This document shows, piece by piece, positions 12,601 through 43,528 of a stretch of DNA of 64,000 nucleotides (position 1 is its first letter; each line of letters starts with the position of its first letter). The DNA lies in NCBI GenBank assembly GCA_002269645.1, contig NIVC01001962.1, forward strand, positions 46,367 to 110,366, given 5' to 3'. A program made the position numbers and the translations under genes. The notes below the pieces were generated by a model. It had not been told where the DNA came from and made no database searches. It saw only the letters and a list, made by a program, of their open reading frames with translations. Origin of the DNA: Macrostomum lignano (Eukaryota).

Positions 12601-13931
12601 CACACTAACAATTTTCTCACTTTAAACGCCCCGATAGCAATACGCCAGGTGTGGCCAGGTGTGGCTGTATCTTGAACGCCCAACTCTGCTTAAGTTTTAA
12701 GGCTGAGAGACACAGATTAAGCATATAAGACGTAGGTCAAAGCCAGTGCTGTAAACTGCCTACCCCAGCCCGCCTTATTGATGCAGTGGCCCGTGTCGCT
12801 AAACTATTTCAGGGCGATCGACGCGACGACGAAGTGCTCGGCTTGAACGTGAAGTCGGTGGTGCTGCTGGTGTTTGTCATTGTGATTCTGCTGTTCTGCA
12901 TGCACTGCACCTGGGTCACCTCCAATGCCTATTCGTCCCCGAGCATTGTGCTGGCCAGCTACAATCAGGACGGATCGCGGGTGATTCTTGACGACTTCAG
13001 GGAAGCTTATTATTGGCTGCGGAGGAACACGCACGACAGGGCCCGGGTTATGAGCTGGTGAGGCGTTTGACAATTACCTGTCTTGGACCAAGCATTTCCC
13101 ATGAAAGAGCCGCCCTCCCAGCCCCACTGATTCCCCATATAAAAGCGCCGCCCTCCCAGCCCCACTGATTCCCCATGTAAAAGAGCCGCCCTCCCAGCCC
13201 CACTGATTCCCCATGTAAAAGAGCCGCCCTCCCATCCCCACTGATTCCCCATGTAAAAGCCCCCCCCCCAACCGCCCAGGTGGGACTACGGCTACCAGAT
13301 CGCCGGCATGGCCAACCGCACCACCCTGGTTGACAACAACACGTGGAACAACAGCCACATCGCTCTGGTCGGCAAGGCCATGGCCAGCAACGAGACGGAG
13401 GCCTACAAGATCATGCGCATGCTGGACGTTGACTACGTGCTCATCATATTCGGCGGCGTCATCGGCTACTCCGGCGACGACATCAACAAGTTCCTGTGGA
13501 TGGTCCGCATCGCCGAGGGCGAGCACCCGCGCGACATCAAAGAGAGCGACTATTTCACTCCGCAGGGCGAGTACAAGATTGACGGCTCGGCCTCGCAGAC
13601 CATGCTAAACTCGCTGATGTACAAGATGAGCTATTATCGGTTCGGCGAGATGCAGACGGATTTTCGAACTCCGCCAGGATTCGATCGAACTCGGAATGCG
13701 GAGATCGGCCGCAAGCACTTCACATTGAAGCACCTGGAGGAGGCGTTCACCTCCGAGCACTGGATGGTCCGGATCTACAAGGTGAAGCAGCCGCCAAATC
13801 GCAATAAGATCGAGCAGCCAAAGTCCCGGGTTCGAGTCTTCAATACTAGGAAGACCCTTAGCAACAAGGTGGGCACCCTGCGCCAGAAGCCGTCAGTGGT
13901 GCGCGGCAAGCGCCCGGCCAGGAATCGTTGA
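6700..13931 (+). CDS. STT3B: Oligosaccharyltransferase catalytic subunit STT3B; exons 6700-6982, 9044-9214, 9797-10245, 11144-11749, 12813-13057, 13280-13931
   Basis: Motifs [40 protein letters not shown] (split by intron 5), [10 protein letters not shown] and [17 protein letters not shown]. All five introns are GT-AG with matching phases. The C-terminal [26 protein letters not shown] is STT3B-type. Confidence 0.95.
9329..9693. repeat. (CTCCT)n-like pyrimidine tract in STT3B intron 2
   Basis: Almost pure C/T low-complexity run. Confidence 0.9.
10310..11120. repeat. 22-23-bp minisatellite in STT3B intron 3
   Basis: Unit caagaatcgcccctcagcctcagtta and variants. Confidence 0.9.
11890..12560. 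repeat. 22-bp minisatellite in STT3B intron 4
   Basis: Unit ccccgataaccgctccctaaaca and variants, interrupted at 12329-12499. Confidence 0.9.
12329..12499. mobile_element. Fold-back MITE with 9-bp TSD (CCCTAAACA)
   Basis: Arms of about 62 bp (gcgcaac...gtcgctattgg / ccaatagcgac...gttgcgc) are near-perfect inverted repeats. CCCTAAACA occurs on both sides, whereas one copy is present in an intact host repeat unit. Confidence 0.7.
13095..13260. repeat. 38-bp minisatellite (about 4 copies) in STT3B intron 5
   Basis: Unit aaaagagccgccctcccagccccactgattccccatgt. Confidence 0.9.
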
Positions 13932-15177
13932 TAAACGTGCAAAACTCGAGGCTTATGAATGCGAAATTCGAATAATTAATATCGAGTCACCAACTCTTAG
14001 AATTGTTTTTGTTGATGCGCCCGAAGCAGTCTGTTTCTTTTTTCTTTTACATTGTTTCTGGCTTCAAAACCCCGATGTTAATCGTCTTTGTTCCTCTTTT
14101 CATTTTCCTCTGTGCGTCTCTGCTTTCATTATAGTCTGTCCTGTTTAATGTGCTCCTCTCGTTTGTCATGCATCTTAAATGGGCAATAAAAATCATATAA
14201 TATAAAATAGTTACAATTCTCGTCTGCTCTACTGACCAACTCTGGTTAGTTAGTAGTATCAATAAACTGCGTTTTTTTTCTACACTTCCTCGTGTTTCTG
14301 AGTTCCTTGTGTTTTCTGTAGTAACCAATGCACTCAATGCCCATCCGAAACTGAAGGTGGTTGGTCCTGTTTTTAATTAATAATAATTGTCATTAGTTAT
14401 CGTGTTAACTACTTGTAGTATCAATAGTAACTTTTTTCAATTTTAACAATCCTAACTGAGGCATAAGAATTAGGAGACTTGTTTAAAAGGCCCGGTATCC
14501 ATTTTTGTGTTCCAAGTACTGAATTTGAACAAAAAAAACAATTCCGGAATTTTCATTCGCCTACATTTATTTAAACAAATTTTCTACAGTAAATTAATTA
14601 GGCCCCGTGTTTAGTTTAGATTTTAGTATATGGATTTGTCTCTGAGTGCCAACCTGCTAATGCTGCATCATATTGTCTAATTCAAGTTTTATTATTTTAC
14701 TACTGTGTAAGTTTGTCCCAGCTCAGTTCTGCCCAGTTCATCTCGATGGACCCTTTACTGACTAGCCTACTACTAACTAGTAGTACTGATGCCATGCTGC
14801 TCCTGAAGGTCCGTCATTTTGCTAGCATCTGCTCATTATTATCCTTGGGTGTCCTTCTAGAGCAGTGTGGTCAGGCCTGGGCAGCACACCGCTGTCTGCC
14901 CGTTTTTCCTTCTCTCTGCGGCTGTTCGTGTGTCCTGTCTGTCCCGCTTAACCCTAAATTATATTTAGCCCGCCTGTTGTCTGCTATCTGTCTCAATGCC
15001 TTTGACTATGCGGCTAAGATAAAAATTACTCAATTTATCAATTATTATTGTTATTATTATCATCTGCAAAGCTTAGTTCTGTTTTCTAATGGTCTGGATA
15101 AAATGCCATTTAAGCTTTTGGATTTTGCTTGTCTCTCTTATTTTTCTGCATGTATATAGTGCTAATGCTTAGTGGGT

Positions 15178-15860
15178 TTTAGGGATCGGGGAGTTTAGGG
15201 ATTGGGGAGTTTAGGAATTGGGGAGTTTAGGGATTTGGGAGTTTAGGGATTGGGGAGTTTGGGAATTGGGGAGTTTAGGGATTTGGGAGTTTAGGGATCG
15301 GGGAGTTTAGGGATTGGGGAGTTTAGGAATTGGGGAGTTTAGGAATTGGGGAGTTTAGGGATTTGGGAGTTTAGGGATTGGGGAGTTTGGGGATTTGGGA
15401 GTTTAGGGATTTGGGAGTTTAGGGATCGGGGAGTTTAGGGATTGGGGAGTTTAGGAATTGGGGAGTTTAGGAATTGGGGAGTTTAGGGATTTGGGAGTTT
15501 GGGAATTGGGGAGTTTAGGGATTGTGGAGTTTGGGAATTGGGGAGTTTAGGGATTTGGGAGTTTAGGGATCGGGGAGTTTAGGGATTGGGGAGTTTAGGG
15601 ATTGGGGAGTTTAGGGATTGGGGAGTTTAGGAATTGGGGAGTTTAGGAATTGGGGAGTTTAGGGATTTGGGAGTTTAGGGATTGGGGAGTTTAGGGATTG
15701 GGGAGTTTAGGGATTTGGGAGTTTAGGGATCGGGGAGTTTAGGGATTGGGGAGTTTAGGGATTGGGGAGTTTAGGAATTGGGGAGTTTAGGGATCGGAGA
15801 GTTCAGAGATTAGAGAGTTCAGAGATTAGAGAGTTTAGAGATTAGAGGGTTTAGAGTGTA
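15178..15860. repeat. 15-bp G-rich minisatellite containing TTTAGGG
   Basis: Unit ggggagtttagggatt and variants, grading into agagttcagagatt at the right end. Confidence 0.9.
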
Positions 15861-16539
15861 GAGCCCCTTTTTGGGAAGGCCAGCAAATTTCTCGAAGAAA
15901 CGCTCAGTGGTTTTCCAGACTTCTGGGTCTTATAAAAATTTGCTTTTCAAGGTAAAGACGATCCACGCTATTTTCACAATCATAGTAAGGGCTTAATTAA
16001 CTGTTTCCAGGTGTAATATATATTTGCATACAAGTCTAGATTTGTCTATAAGCAATGCAAAGCAATTTGCGAGGTAAGAGAGAATTAAAGACAAAAAATG
16101 TGCAAGTTCACGGCAGTGTAGTATGGTTACGTAACAGCATATAATTTGTGTCATTGCCTGGTTCCCTGAAAACTGCCAATCTCAGGTCAGGTGCTTTGCA
16201 AAGTTCACATGGTTAAACCATAGAAGAAGTGCATATACGAGTCTATGGAGTTGATGTCAGTTAAAAATGTGTACATATGCTAATTACTCGTCTAATTGTC
16301 TGCATGTACAATTATAGAGAACATGCCAGTACGAATGCGACATGCACAGCCGCCTATGATACGGGATATGTGCTCCGGACAGTTAAAAATTAATGTGCAG
16401 TACATGAAGAGGAACTACGTACACATACTGTAACTTATGCACTTGACATGTGTATGGGACCTCACTCTGTCTGCAGACAGGATGCGTCACTCATAAGACA
16501 GCTAGGATGCGTCACTCTAAAGGCGGGATGCTGAACTTT

Positions 16540-17250
16540 TGAGACAATAATGCGTCACTCTAGAGACCAGATTGTCACTCAGAGACCGGATGAGTCACTC
16601 TAAACACCAAATGCGTCACTCTAGAGACATGTATCACTCTAGAGATATGTCAATCTAGAGACCATGTGTGTCACTCAGAGACCGGATGAATTACTCTAGA
16701 GACCATGTGTGTCACTCAGAGACCGGATGAATTACTCTAGAGACCATGTGTGTCACTCAGAGACCGGATGAATTACTCTAGAGACCATGTGTGTCACTCA
16801 GAGACCGGATGAGTCACTCTAGAGACATGCGTCCCTCAGAGACCGGATGAGTCACTCTAAACACATGTGTCACTCTAGAGACATGTGTCACTCTAGAGAC
16901 CATGTGTGTCACTCAGAGACCGGATGAGTCACTCTAGAGACGTGTCACTCTAGAGACATGTCACTCTAGAGACCATGTGTGTCACTCAGAGACCGGATGA
17001 GTCACTCTAGAGACATGCGTCCCTCAGAGACCGGATGAGTCACTCTAGAGACGCTCGTATTGGGGGGGGTAGCGGGGAGTGCATGTACATAGTATACGCA
17101 TGTCATTCTATAGACAGGATTCTTGTAAAAGTACGTTTATATAAACGAAAACAGCACTGTTACAGATTGGGTAAGGACTCTAGCGACCGCACGAGTCACT
17201 CTAGCGACCGCAAGAGTCACTCTAGCGACCGCACAAGTCACTCATCTAGA
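16540..17250. repeat. TCTAGA/GTCAC-rich degenerate tandem repeats (41-bp core, plus 21-bp x3)
   Basis: ctagagaccatgtgtgtcactcagagaccggatgaattact repeated; tcactctagcgaccgca repeated near 17180-17250. Confidence 0.8.
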
Positions 17251-17344
17251 GACTGGATTTATCACTCTATCGACAATGATAAACTTCAGCGTCGATGCTG
17301 GCTAGAAAGTACATTCATTGGTAGAAAAGCGCACCAGCCGCTCA

Positions 17345-35220
<17,876 letters not shown>

Positions 35221-38129
35221 GCGGCCCAGAAATGCAAGAGTTTTACGTGTAGAAGCAATTTCTGAAGCCAAATTGCAAATGAGACAGGGGGGCCCGTAAT
35301 GAAGGCGATGAGGTCATTATTCCAGGAAAACCTTGAGTTTTGGAGTCTGGGAGCGTGCGTTTTTAGTCCGCAGCTCAGGTGAGCGAGAAACAAAAAACTT
35401 AAACAAGCAAAAAAACAGTTTTGCTTTTTAACAACCTGAGCTCCACAGTTCATAACTATATGGAAAGGTTGGGTGGTGCTTCATTTCCGATGCAGGAAGG
35501 GCGGGGAGCTTCTGGGCTCATTGTCACTCACTGCAGTATGGAGTGTCAGCTTCCATGCATATACTATAACCCACCCGAAACTCAGTTTTAGGTATGTTTC
35601 CATCAACTGCACTCGCAAAGCTTGTAGCTAATTTTACTGCGCAATGCATAGCCGAGATTTGAAGTTTGTCAGTTCAATAATAACCAACATAAATTAATAT
35701 ATTGATATCCCCATATAGGATACAACTGTTTTTTTGACGTCCTGAGCAGTGCTTAATTTGCTAGACTTGCGAGTGTAGGGTCCTTCTACTCTATGCTCTA
35801 CTCCATGCACTCCACAAAATGCAAACTGCTCAAACCCTACCCCTAACACAGATAAGATATTGTTAAGCTCAAAGTTTGTTTCAATTTTTAGCGCTCATTC
35901 ATTGTAATTTGATAAGCAAAGTGTACCAGCGTAGATCAAGAGTCAGGTGGGGAGGGGAGGTCAGAAGTCCTCCTGCTGGGCACGGATGCAGTTATATGAC
36001 TAAACATTCTAATCCTTTCGACTCGCTTTTGCTCGCCAGCAAAGGGTATAATATCTAGATAGTTCAACAACGGAGAGCAGAATTTTGAAGCAGAATAAAT
36101 TCTATCAATGACTCACAGAAATGTCAAACGAGTTGACAAGTCGAACCTGACTGCAATGGACAGCCCATTCATGGGAGGGTCAAGGAAGGGGCTTACGTAG
36201 CCCCTCTAAATAAATATGGGTGCATCATGTTCCCTGGTAAAACCTCTAAGATCCGTTCTCCTCTGCTAACTTTTTTACCAACGCAGCGATTTTCGTTAGA
36301 ACGTATACAAACCACAGATGTTCCAACGCAATTGATATCCATTTTTGCATTCACCAGGTGCCAGTCAGTCACTTTCTAAACAGTTTCCAGCTCGTATTGC
36401 ATAGGACTCACCCTGGACGGCAGCCAGAACGAATGGGAGCTCCTGGCCGCTCCGCCACCGCTAGGACTTGGCTGCATCTGCAAGGCCGCGCTGATTGCTG
36501 GTTATTGATCGGCTGTGGATTCCACGGACTTCCCTGGTTTCAGTTTGCAGGTGTGTCTTGTTTACTTCTCAGGCTAAGGTGAAATGAAGAGCTTTATGCC
36601 GTTGCCCACTCTTGGCTCGGGCCCATTAAGGCCATTTCTCCACACCCTGAGAGGGCCAGCCAATGGGCGCGCGATCGATCGCTGATTGGGTGCTGGGCCT
36701 CGGGCTCTCTCTCTGCGTGGACTCCATCAAGGAGACCCTGAAACAGATTTGGATTAGCGATTCTTTCTTACGCTCGCACCATAGCTTTCGTCTGGTTAAA
36801 CCAATTTGAAGTTAAACAATTTTTTTTACATTTTACCGTAATCCTGCAGGCAAGGGACAAAGAAACGGGGAGGGGACCGGGGCAGATAAGGCAAGCTGCC
36901 ACTGACGTTTGACTTTGAGATTATTGTTGAATTGTGATAGGAGAGGCCAGAAGAGGTCAAGGAGGTCAACTGCCAGCTAAATAAAAATTAAAAAAGTGGA
37001 AAGCTGATTTTTTGAGTGGTACATCCTTCCGTGATGTCGACAGTCTGGTTCCTGGTTCCTCAGCGATTCCTGGCTTCCAACGTCGTCGTCCGCGAGAATC
37101 AGTGGTGTTGCAAATCTGTCGCTTCCGGTTTTTGAATCAGCTGAAGGAAGTTAAAGAAGAAGAAACATGAAGTTGGAAAGCCACAAAAACATACAAAACG
37201 AAACAACAAAGCAGACTCGTTTTGTTCCGGCTTTGGGCGAGAAGCAAATGTGGGAAGCACAAGATCGCTGCAAATGAGGCGAAGATGGCCACAAAAGGGG
37301 AACCCGACGCCTTCGATAGGCGGGACGGCAAGAGGCAGCAATTAGGCCTCGCTATCAAATTTATTTCGTGGATCCAGCCGACCCAATCCCCATATCCCCA
37401 CCTTATCAGCAGCGTTGAAGCGGAAACGGCCTCGCCCGTTATTTTAACCGAAAAGTATCATCATATAGTCATACTGCTCCAAGCGCTGCCCACTTTGCTC
37501 GCCTCATTACGTTCAGACATTGAGACTGAGAAGGTTTTGGCATTTCGTGGACGCCTCAATCGCATCGGTATCTTTCTGTGCTCAATATCTCCCACCACTG
37601 AGCACTGCCATGTTGGCGACACCGGGCGAGCCGGGATGGCGGACTAAAGCAACGAATAAGCTATGCAACCCTGTGCGCACCTGGCGCTAATCATGCAGAC
37701 GTTGGATACCTGTTGTAAGTTGCTTGTATAATATAGCCTTTTGCATTTGATCAGTTTGTTAGCTTTTAGCTATTAAATGCAGTTACTGCTATTAATTGAT
37801 ACCTTGGGTTGGGATAAAAGTATGCGTCGGTAAAAGTATATTGCCTGTGACTCCAAAATACCTGTAGCTTGTACAAGTACTTACGCCAATACTTCATACG
37901 TTTGCCTGCTGGTCAACACACAGAAGACCGTCGTTACGGCATCCAGGCTTCGATCTTCTGCCTAAGAACTTCCGGGATGTCAGCAGTTTGTTTATAATTC
38001 CAACAGGCTGGTTCCCGACTTTTGCGAGGATATGCGGCCTGGGCTGGCATTCATTCTGTGAGGCTGGTCCTGCTGTCGTTACAGAGGGCGGCGTTGTTGC
38101 AGGCGGTAGTCGAGACCATCCTGCTTTGC

Positions 38130-38290
38130 AACGGTTAGACTTGGACTCGCTCAAACAGCATGCTGACCTGCTGCGTGCCGCCTCAAGATCAACGACGATC
38201 GAGTCACCAACGTCCCACTGTATCGTCCCGCCCGACCTGGTCCGTCCAAGTGACCTCTGGCTGGTTTCGTTCGGCCTTGCGAGCACTGTA
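38130..38290 (-). mobile_element. Possible 3' fragment of an RTE-like LINE
   Basis: One frame reads ARKAERNQPEVTWTDQV..D..W, resembling the RTE C-terminal GRP..TW.DQV motif, followed by a caagtctaa-like tail. Weak similarity judged by eye only. Confidence 0.25.
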
Positions 38291-38775
38291 ATTTGCCGTA
38301 GCTCAAATATTTATTATTTTATTATCTAGCATGTCAGGGTTGCTTGTACTATTAAGCGTGAGAATTGGGATCAGTCTGAGTCAGTGCTAGTCTGGCTGTC
38401 TGGCTGGCTTAGGTCGGCCCCGCCCCCTTTCGCTCTCGCGCTGATTTGCTGGCCAACTTTCTCGCTGCCCCTTGTCATCTGTCTCTCTATTTTTGATGCG
38501 TTGACTAAGTCCACTCTAAGCTTCGCTTGTCTGCGCTGATTGGCTGACGCTTGAGCTCTCCCTCTCACTCTCTCAACCTCCCGCCCTTTCTTAACTTTAT
38601 GCACCTCCCAGTTGAGGCTTTATTTGTATTTGTAGCGACTGTAGTCGGTTCGAGACCCCGGTGCCCGGTCCCAGTACTATTCAAACTTCCAGTAATTAGT
38701 AATTTATACTATTCAGGCGTTGAAACGTGCTGACAGATGCTACTGTGATAACCGGTCTGGCAATTCCGGAAAGGA

Positions 38776-38829
38776 CAACAACAACAACAGCAACAACAAC
38801 AACAACAACAATAACAACAACAACAACAA
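38776..38829. repeat. (CAA)n microsatellite
   Basis: Direct inspection. Confidence 0.95.
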
Positions 38830-39437
38830 TTTACGCAGCCCCGCATGCAAGTCACAGTGTAAGGGCAGGGCGCGTCAGCATGTCACAAAGTCCGCCCCGT
38901 TGGCAGTGTCGGGCGCCCCAGCGCTGCATAGCAGGCACTCCACGTATCGACGGGTTCGGGCCTGACCTCGCCTGAACAGGCCCTGCAAGGTAAGCAGCAG
39001 GACGTTCTGAACAAGTTGGGAGCAGTAGCCCTCGGCCCGGATCACGTGGCCCGCCAGTTGAAGGAGAGGAGCAACACAGAGTCAGAGTTCCTATCCTTCA
39101 GAGATCGTGAGAATCAGTCGAGTCGGTCTACTATCTTTGAATACTGGGTATATAGAGAGCCGGGTGGCTAGAAAACCGCCCAGGGCAGCGCTGATAGGCA
39201 GGACAAAGGAGGGGGGCGGGTCACAAACAAACTGGGGGAGAGAGGGGAGAGAGACTTCTTCTGGCTCAACCAATCGGCTGGCGACACCAAACACACCAGA
39301 CAGAGGGGGAAGGCAAAAGCCTTAATTAGTCTGGGGCGACCACCAGCCAGCCTGAACCAAGACGTCTAATCGGCGACATAGTACAAAAAACACACTAACT
39401 AGTGTCAAAAAGTACGCAAGCACCTCATATACGCTCG

Positions 39438-40095
39438 TACACTCAGCAACATTTAAAAGTGCCCACCCTTGCGCCAAGGATCCATGGGCAGCACGATCGA
39501 TGGTTTCGCCAATTGGTTTTGGGCCATCGACAAATAAGCAAAAAAGGGCAGGAAAGTAAAGACCGATATTTGGTGTCACAGGGAAAAGCGTTACAGTAAC
39601 GAGTGTACAGGAGTTACATGGAGGCATCTGGACGCAGGTGACAACGATAGTCCGCCAAATGACTGATTGGCGCACTTTGCGTTGGCCGTCCAGATTACCG
39701 GGTATGAACCCGATTGAGCACGTGTGGGATTTCCTGAAGCGCACGATTAGTTGTAACAATCTCCATCCCCCCAGAACATGGTCCAGCTGCGCAATGCGCT
39801 TTCAGTCGCGTGGCAACAGCTTCCACAAGACTTTCTGCGGCGCCTTGTTCGGGAATGACTCGACGAGTGAGCGGTCTGTTGGATGCTCGTGGTTGCTATC
39901 TATACCTGTAACTGACTGTGCTTTAGACACGTACACAGCGTGGAAATGGGCATGGACTTGTTTCGCAGTTCTTTCTTTGTTGCCTTATTTTGATTGTCTA
40001 TGGCCCAAACATAGTTAAAACCTTTCAATCCCTAATCGTCCAGCTAGTGTAGCCTTTTGTGCAGACGTGGACACTTTTTAATGTTGCTGGGTGTA
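39438..40095 (+). mobile_element. Internally deleted Tc1/mariner element
   Basis: TIRs TACACTCAGCAACATTTAAAAGTGCCCAC and (reverse complement) TACACCCAGCAACATTAAAAAGTGTCCAC, both TA-terminated. The internal remnant WPSRLPGMNPIEHVWDFLKR matches the Tc1 WP..SPDLNPIE.VW motif. Confidence 0.85.
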
Positions 40096-40339
40096 TTTAA
40101 ACGACCGTTGAGGGTCAAGACAAGGGGCCCTACGCGTTTTTTGGCTATTGATCTGGCTATTGACTGACTTAAATTTGGCGACCCGCGCCTCCTTCAGTCA
40201 CGCTGCTATTTCCTAAGCCACTATGAAATACACAGGAAAAGCGCCCCTCACAAAGGAGAAGAGATCGGAGAAGATAGGAGAGAAGAGGACAGAGAAGAGA
40301 TTGTTATTGCGAAGTTTCGGAGGACTCAAACGCCGGATA

Positions 40340-40396
40340 GAGAGGCTTTGCGGTCCGCATGTGGCCCACATGCAGGCTGGAGTTTGCCGAGCCCTG
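40340..40396 (-). mobile_element. hAT-like terminal sequence (single end)
   Basis: Minus strand reads CAGGGCTCGGCAAACTCCAGCCTGCATGTGGGCCACATGCGGACCGC, typical of hAT/Charlie termini; no partner end found. Confidence 0.4.
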
Positions 40397-41737
40397 CCTT
40401 AAAGCTTGCAGTTGTTCTTAGTTTTTAGTCTCTCTGCTTATCAGGTTACGAGACCTGTTGATTCCCCAGGACCTCCAGGCCAGCTCTGGACAGTCCCGAC
40501 TCCCAAATCTCCGCACCAATACTTTGCAAAAACATAACAGTTGCATGATAACGAGTAAATAAATCTAAAAAAACGCAAAAATAAACGTAAATAGTAACTA
40601 TACTACTGATTTAAAGAGCAAGTAGTATGATAAGGATCTCAGATAAAAAGTTTTCTGTAGTACTCAGAGGAATCAAAATTTTGGCAGCCGGTATTTTTGA
40701 TAGCCAAACTTTTTTTGCTGAGCACATGTATCCGCCAACTCCAAAAATATGACAATGTTTTCCAACTAAGAGTTAAACGATCAACTTGAACGAAGCCCAT
40801 TTTTCAATGGTTCGGTAGGAGCTTCTAAATGAGAGCGAACGAGTTTACGAGCTATTTTTAGAAACTGACGGACTGCCGCCTGGATTGCAGAAAGCTCGCA
40901 TATTTGATTAACGCGCAGGGAGATATTCTGGAGTTGCATCCTCATTGCTCAAATCTCTTCCATTTCTTTGATTTGTCTGAAAGTCAAAGGCATTGTTAAT
41001 CCGGGATACAACTTCCCTTTGATATATGAGTCTGAAACGAGGCGCATTTAAGCTTCTATTTAATCCCCTCTCCGGGCTTTAATTCTCCAATTAATTTTCT
41101 TTGTCAATTTCTGCCAACCGTTTTCTAAGAAAGCTGACAAGAACCCTCGGTTGAATTCTTTCTCCGTGTACTTTAAGTTGTTATTTACTGCATGTCGATC
41201 CTGGGAACCATTTTTCACGTCGATCTATCCCCAGTCAGCAGAGCATATCCCCAGTTGCTTTCATTCTGCGGCTCACGATCCCAGCTGCCATCATCTGTCA
41301 TAAATTAGCAGACAATGTCCTCCCATTTCCCTTGTCAGTCTTGCACACCCGAATACTCTCGCCCTGCACGAACCCGGAAGCCAGAATGATGAATTATTGT
41401 CGCACCTACGGCCAAGTTAGATAGGAAAATGAAGTGAGTTTTCTGGCTCATAGTCAAATGATTCACGGCCTGACAATTGTCCAGAGAAAGTTTGCGTGGG
41501 CACCTGTCAAGGTTGATTATTTTGAAAGATTGCTCATCTTCCGGCTGCGAATAGTTTACAGCACGGAATTATGAAATACGACTAACAGTACAAGGACAAG
41601 CTCTCAGTAACTGCTGAAACACCAGGAGCCTTCATTCGCTATATTTCTGTAACCATTCGTGCCCTCAGTTTTGGGAGATCATTTTGCACTCGAAAGTGTG
41701 CTTGTGTGAAAGTTCATCAGATTATCAATCGCTAATC

Positions 41738-42172
41738 ACTTCCGGTTGTCGATGGGATCAAAGTAGACCTGCCGTTTCCGGTTATCAATGGGATCAAAGT
41801 AGACCTGCCGTTTCCGGTTATCGATGGGATCAAAGTAGACCTGTCGCTTCCGGTTGTCGATGGGATCAAAGTAGACCTGCCGTTTCCGGTTGTCGATGGG
41901 ATCAAAGTAGACCTGTCGCTTCCGGTTATCGATGGGATCAAAGTAGACTTTTCGCTTCCGGTTGTCGATGGGATCAAAGTAGACCTGTCGCTTCCGGTTG
42001 TCGATGGGATCAAAATAGACCTGTCGCTTCCGGTTGTCGATGGGATCAAAGTAGACCTGCCGCTTCCGGTTGTCGATGGGATCAAAGTAGACCTGTCGCT
42101 TCCGGTTATCGATGGGATCAAAGTAGACCTGTCGCTTCCGGTTGTCGATGGGATCAAAGTAGACCTGCCGTT
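41738..42172. repeat. 36-bp minisatellite (about 12 copies)
   Basis: Unit tcgatgggatcaaagtagacctgtcgcttccggttg. Confidence 0.92.
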
Positions 42173-43160
42173 TTTTGAAGCTGCTGGCGAGTTTGCTTCC
42201 GTGATGCGTCTAAAATTGATGGGGTGAAAAGTTCATCAGTTTCTAGCGTCTGCATTTGGTCCCAGTTGAGTCAATATTTGTGCAGATAATTGCTGAGCAC
42301 CCAGTTGACACCTCCCTAGAGACTTGCTCAAAATTATTCAAACATTTGAGATCAACAAGACGGCACTTGGTCTTTGCCTGCAGCAATACGCAAATATAAA
42401 TTCCTGGCTGTGAAATTCGGTTCCCAGCTACTCAGGAGGGACTTCGCTTTACGAGTAAATTTCTCAGTTTGCTGGGAGCGCACATTAAGCTCCTTGCTCT
42501 GCCCCCGGGACCGCCCTCTCACCCGTGCGACAATTCGAAATCCTTCGGAAGCCGGCAGGCAGACGGCCAGAAGACAGGCGGCGGCCAACAGCAGCCTGGC
42601 GGGCATTTTTGAAATTAATTCAGAAATCGAGCTCGGAGATCTTTGATGGACCCAGTCTTGCCGCCAACTCGTTTGTTCGCAGCCGAAAGCGGCCGGGCCA
42701 GCTTGTCCGGGACGTGCTGGATTTATAGCCGCCGTGTGGTTCTGCCGGATTGGCTCCTCAGCTCGCGAGTTTATTGGCTGAATTGTGTCGCGTGCTGCCA
42801 AGCTGGGCAGAGCCGATGTCACTTTCCTAATTTGGGGCCCACCCCAATACGATGGCTTGGACCTGTGTCGCATTTTTTTTCCTTTAGGCTAATGAAGTTG
42901 TTTTAGCGGAACAGGAAGGCATGCAGTGCATTGTGCGGCGCGGGTGTCATATACTCTATGTCAAAAGCTGTTCCCTCGGCCAGTGCCGCGGCGGGTCATT
43001 GGCATTTGCGAGTTGATTTTTTACTATCGATAACAGGGAAACGGTAAACAGGGAAATGACCCCTGACAGTCTGGTCCACGCTGGCACTAGCTAGTCCGCT
43101 TCTGTGAATTCAGTTGGCCAGACATGCGTGCTTTCAAGGACATCTGCGAGTGGCATCAAG

Positions 43161-43528
43161 AGTGAGTTCATGAGTGAGTTCATGAGTGAGTTCATGAGTG
43201 AGTTCATGAGTGAGTTCATGAGTGAGCTCATGAGTGAGTTCATGAGTGAGTTCATGAGTGAGTTCATGAGTGAGTTCATGAGTTCATGAGTGAGCTCATG
43301 AGTGAGTTCATGAGTGAGTTCATGAGTGAGTTCATGAGTTCATGAGTGAGCTCATGAGTGAGTTCATGAGTGAGTTCATGAGTGAGTTCATGAGTGAGCT
43401 CATGAGTGAGTTCATGAGTGAGCTCATGAGTGAGTTCATGAGTGAGTTCATGAGTGAGTTCATGACTGAGTTCATGAGTGAGTTCATGAGTGAGTTCATG
43501 AGTGAGTTCATGAGTGAGTTCATGAGTG
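43161..43528. repeat. 12-bp minisatellite (catgagtgagtt)
   Basis: Direct inspection. Confidence 0.95.

Noticed and set aside
40560-41700. Possible degenerate transposase on the minus strand
   Set aside because: All frames inspected have many stops and I could not identify a diagnostic motif; a tBLASTn/Dfam search is needed.
41738-42172. 36-bp repeats as a possible CRISPR array
   Set aside because: Units are contiguous with no unique spacers, the context is eukaryotic and no cas genes are present. The same applies to the 33-38-bp arrays elsewhere.
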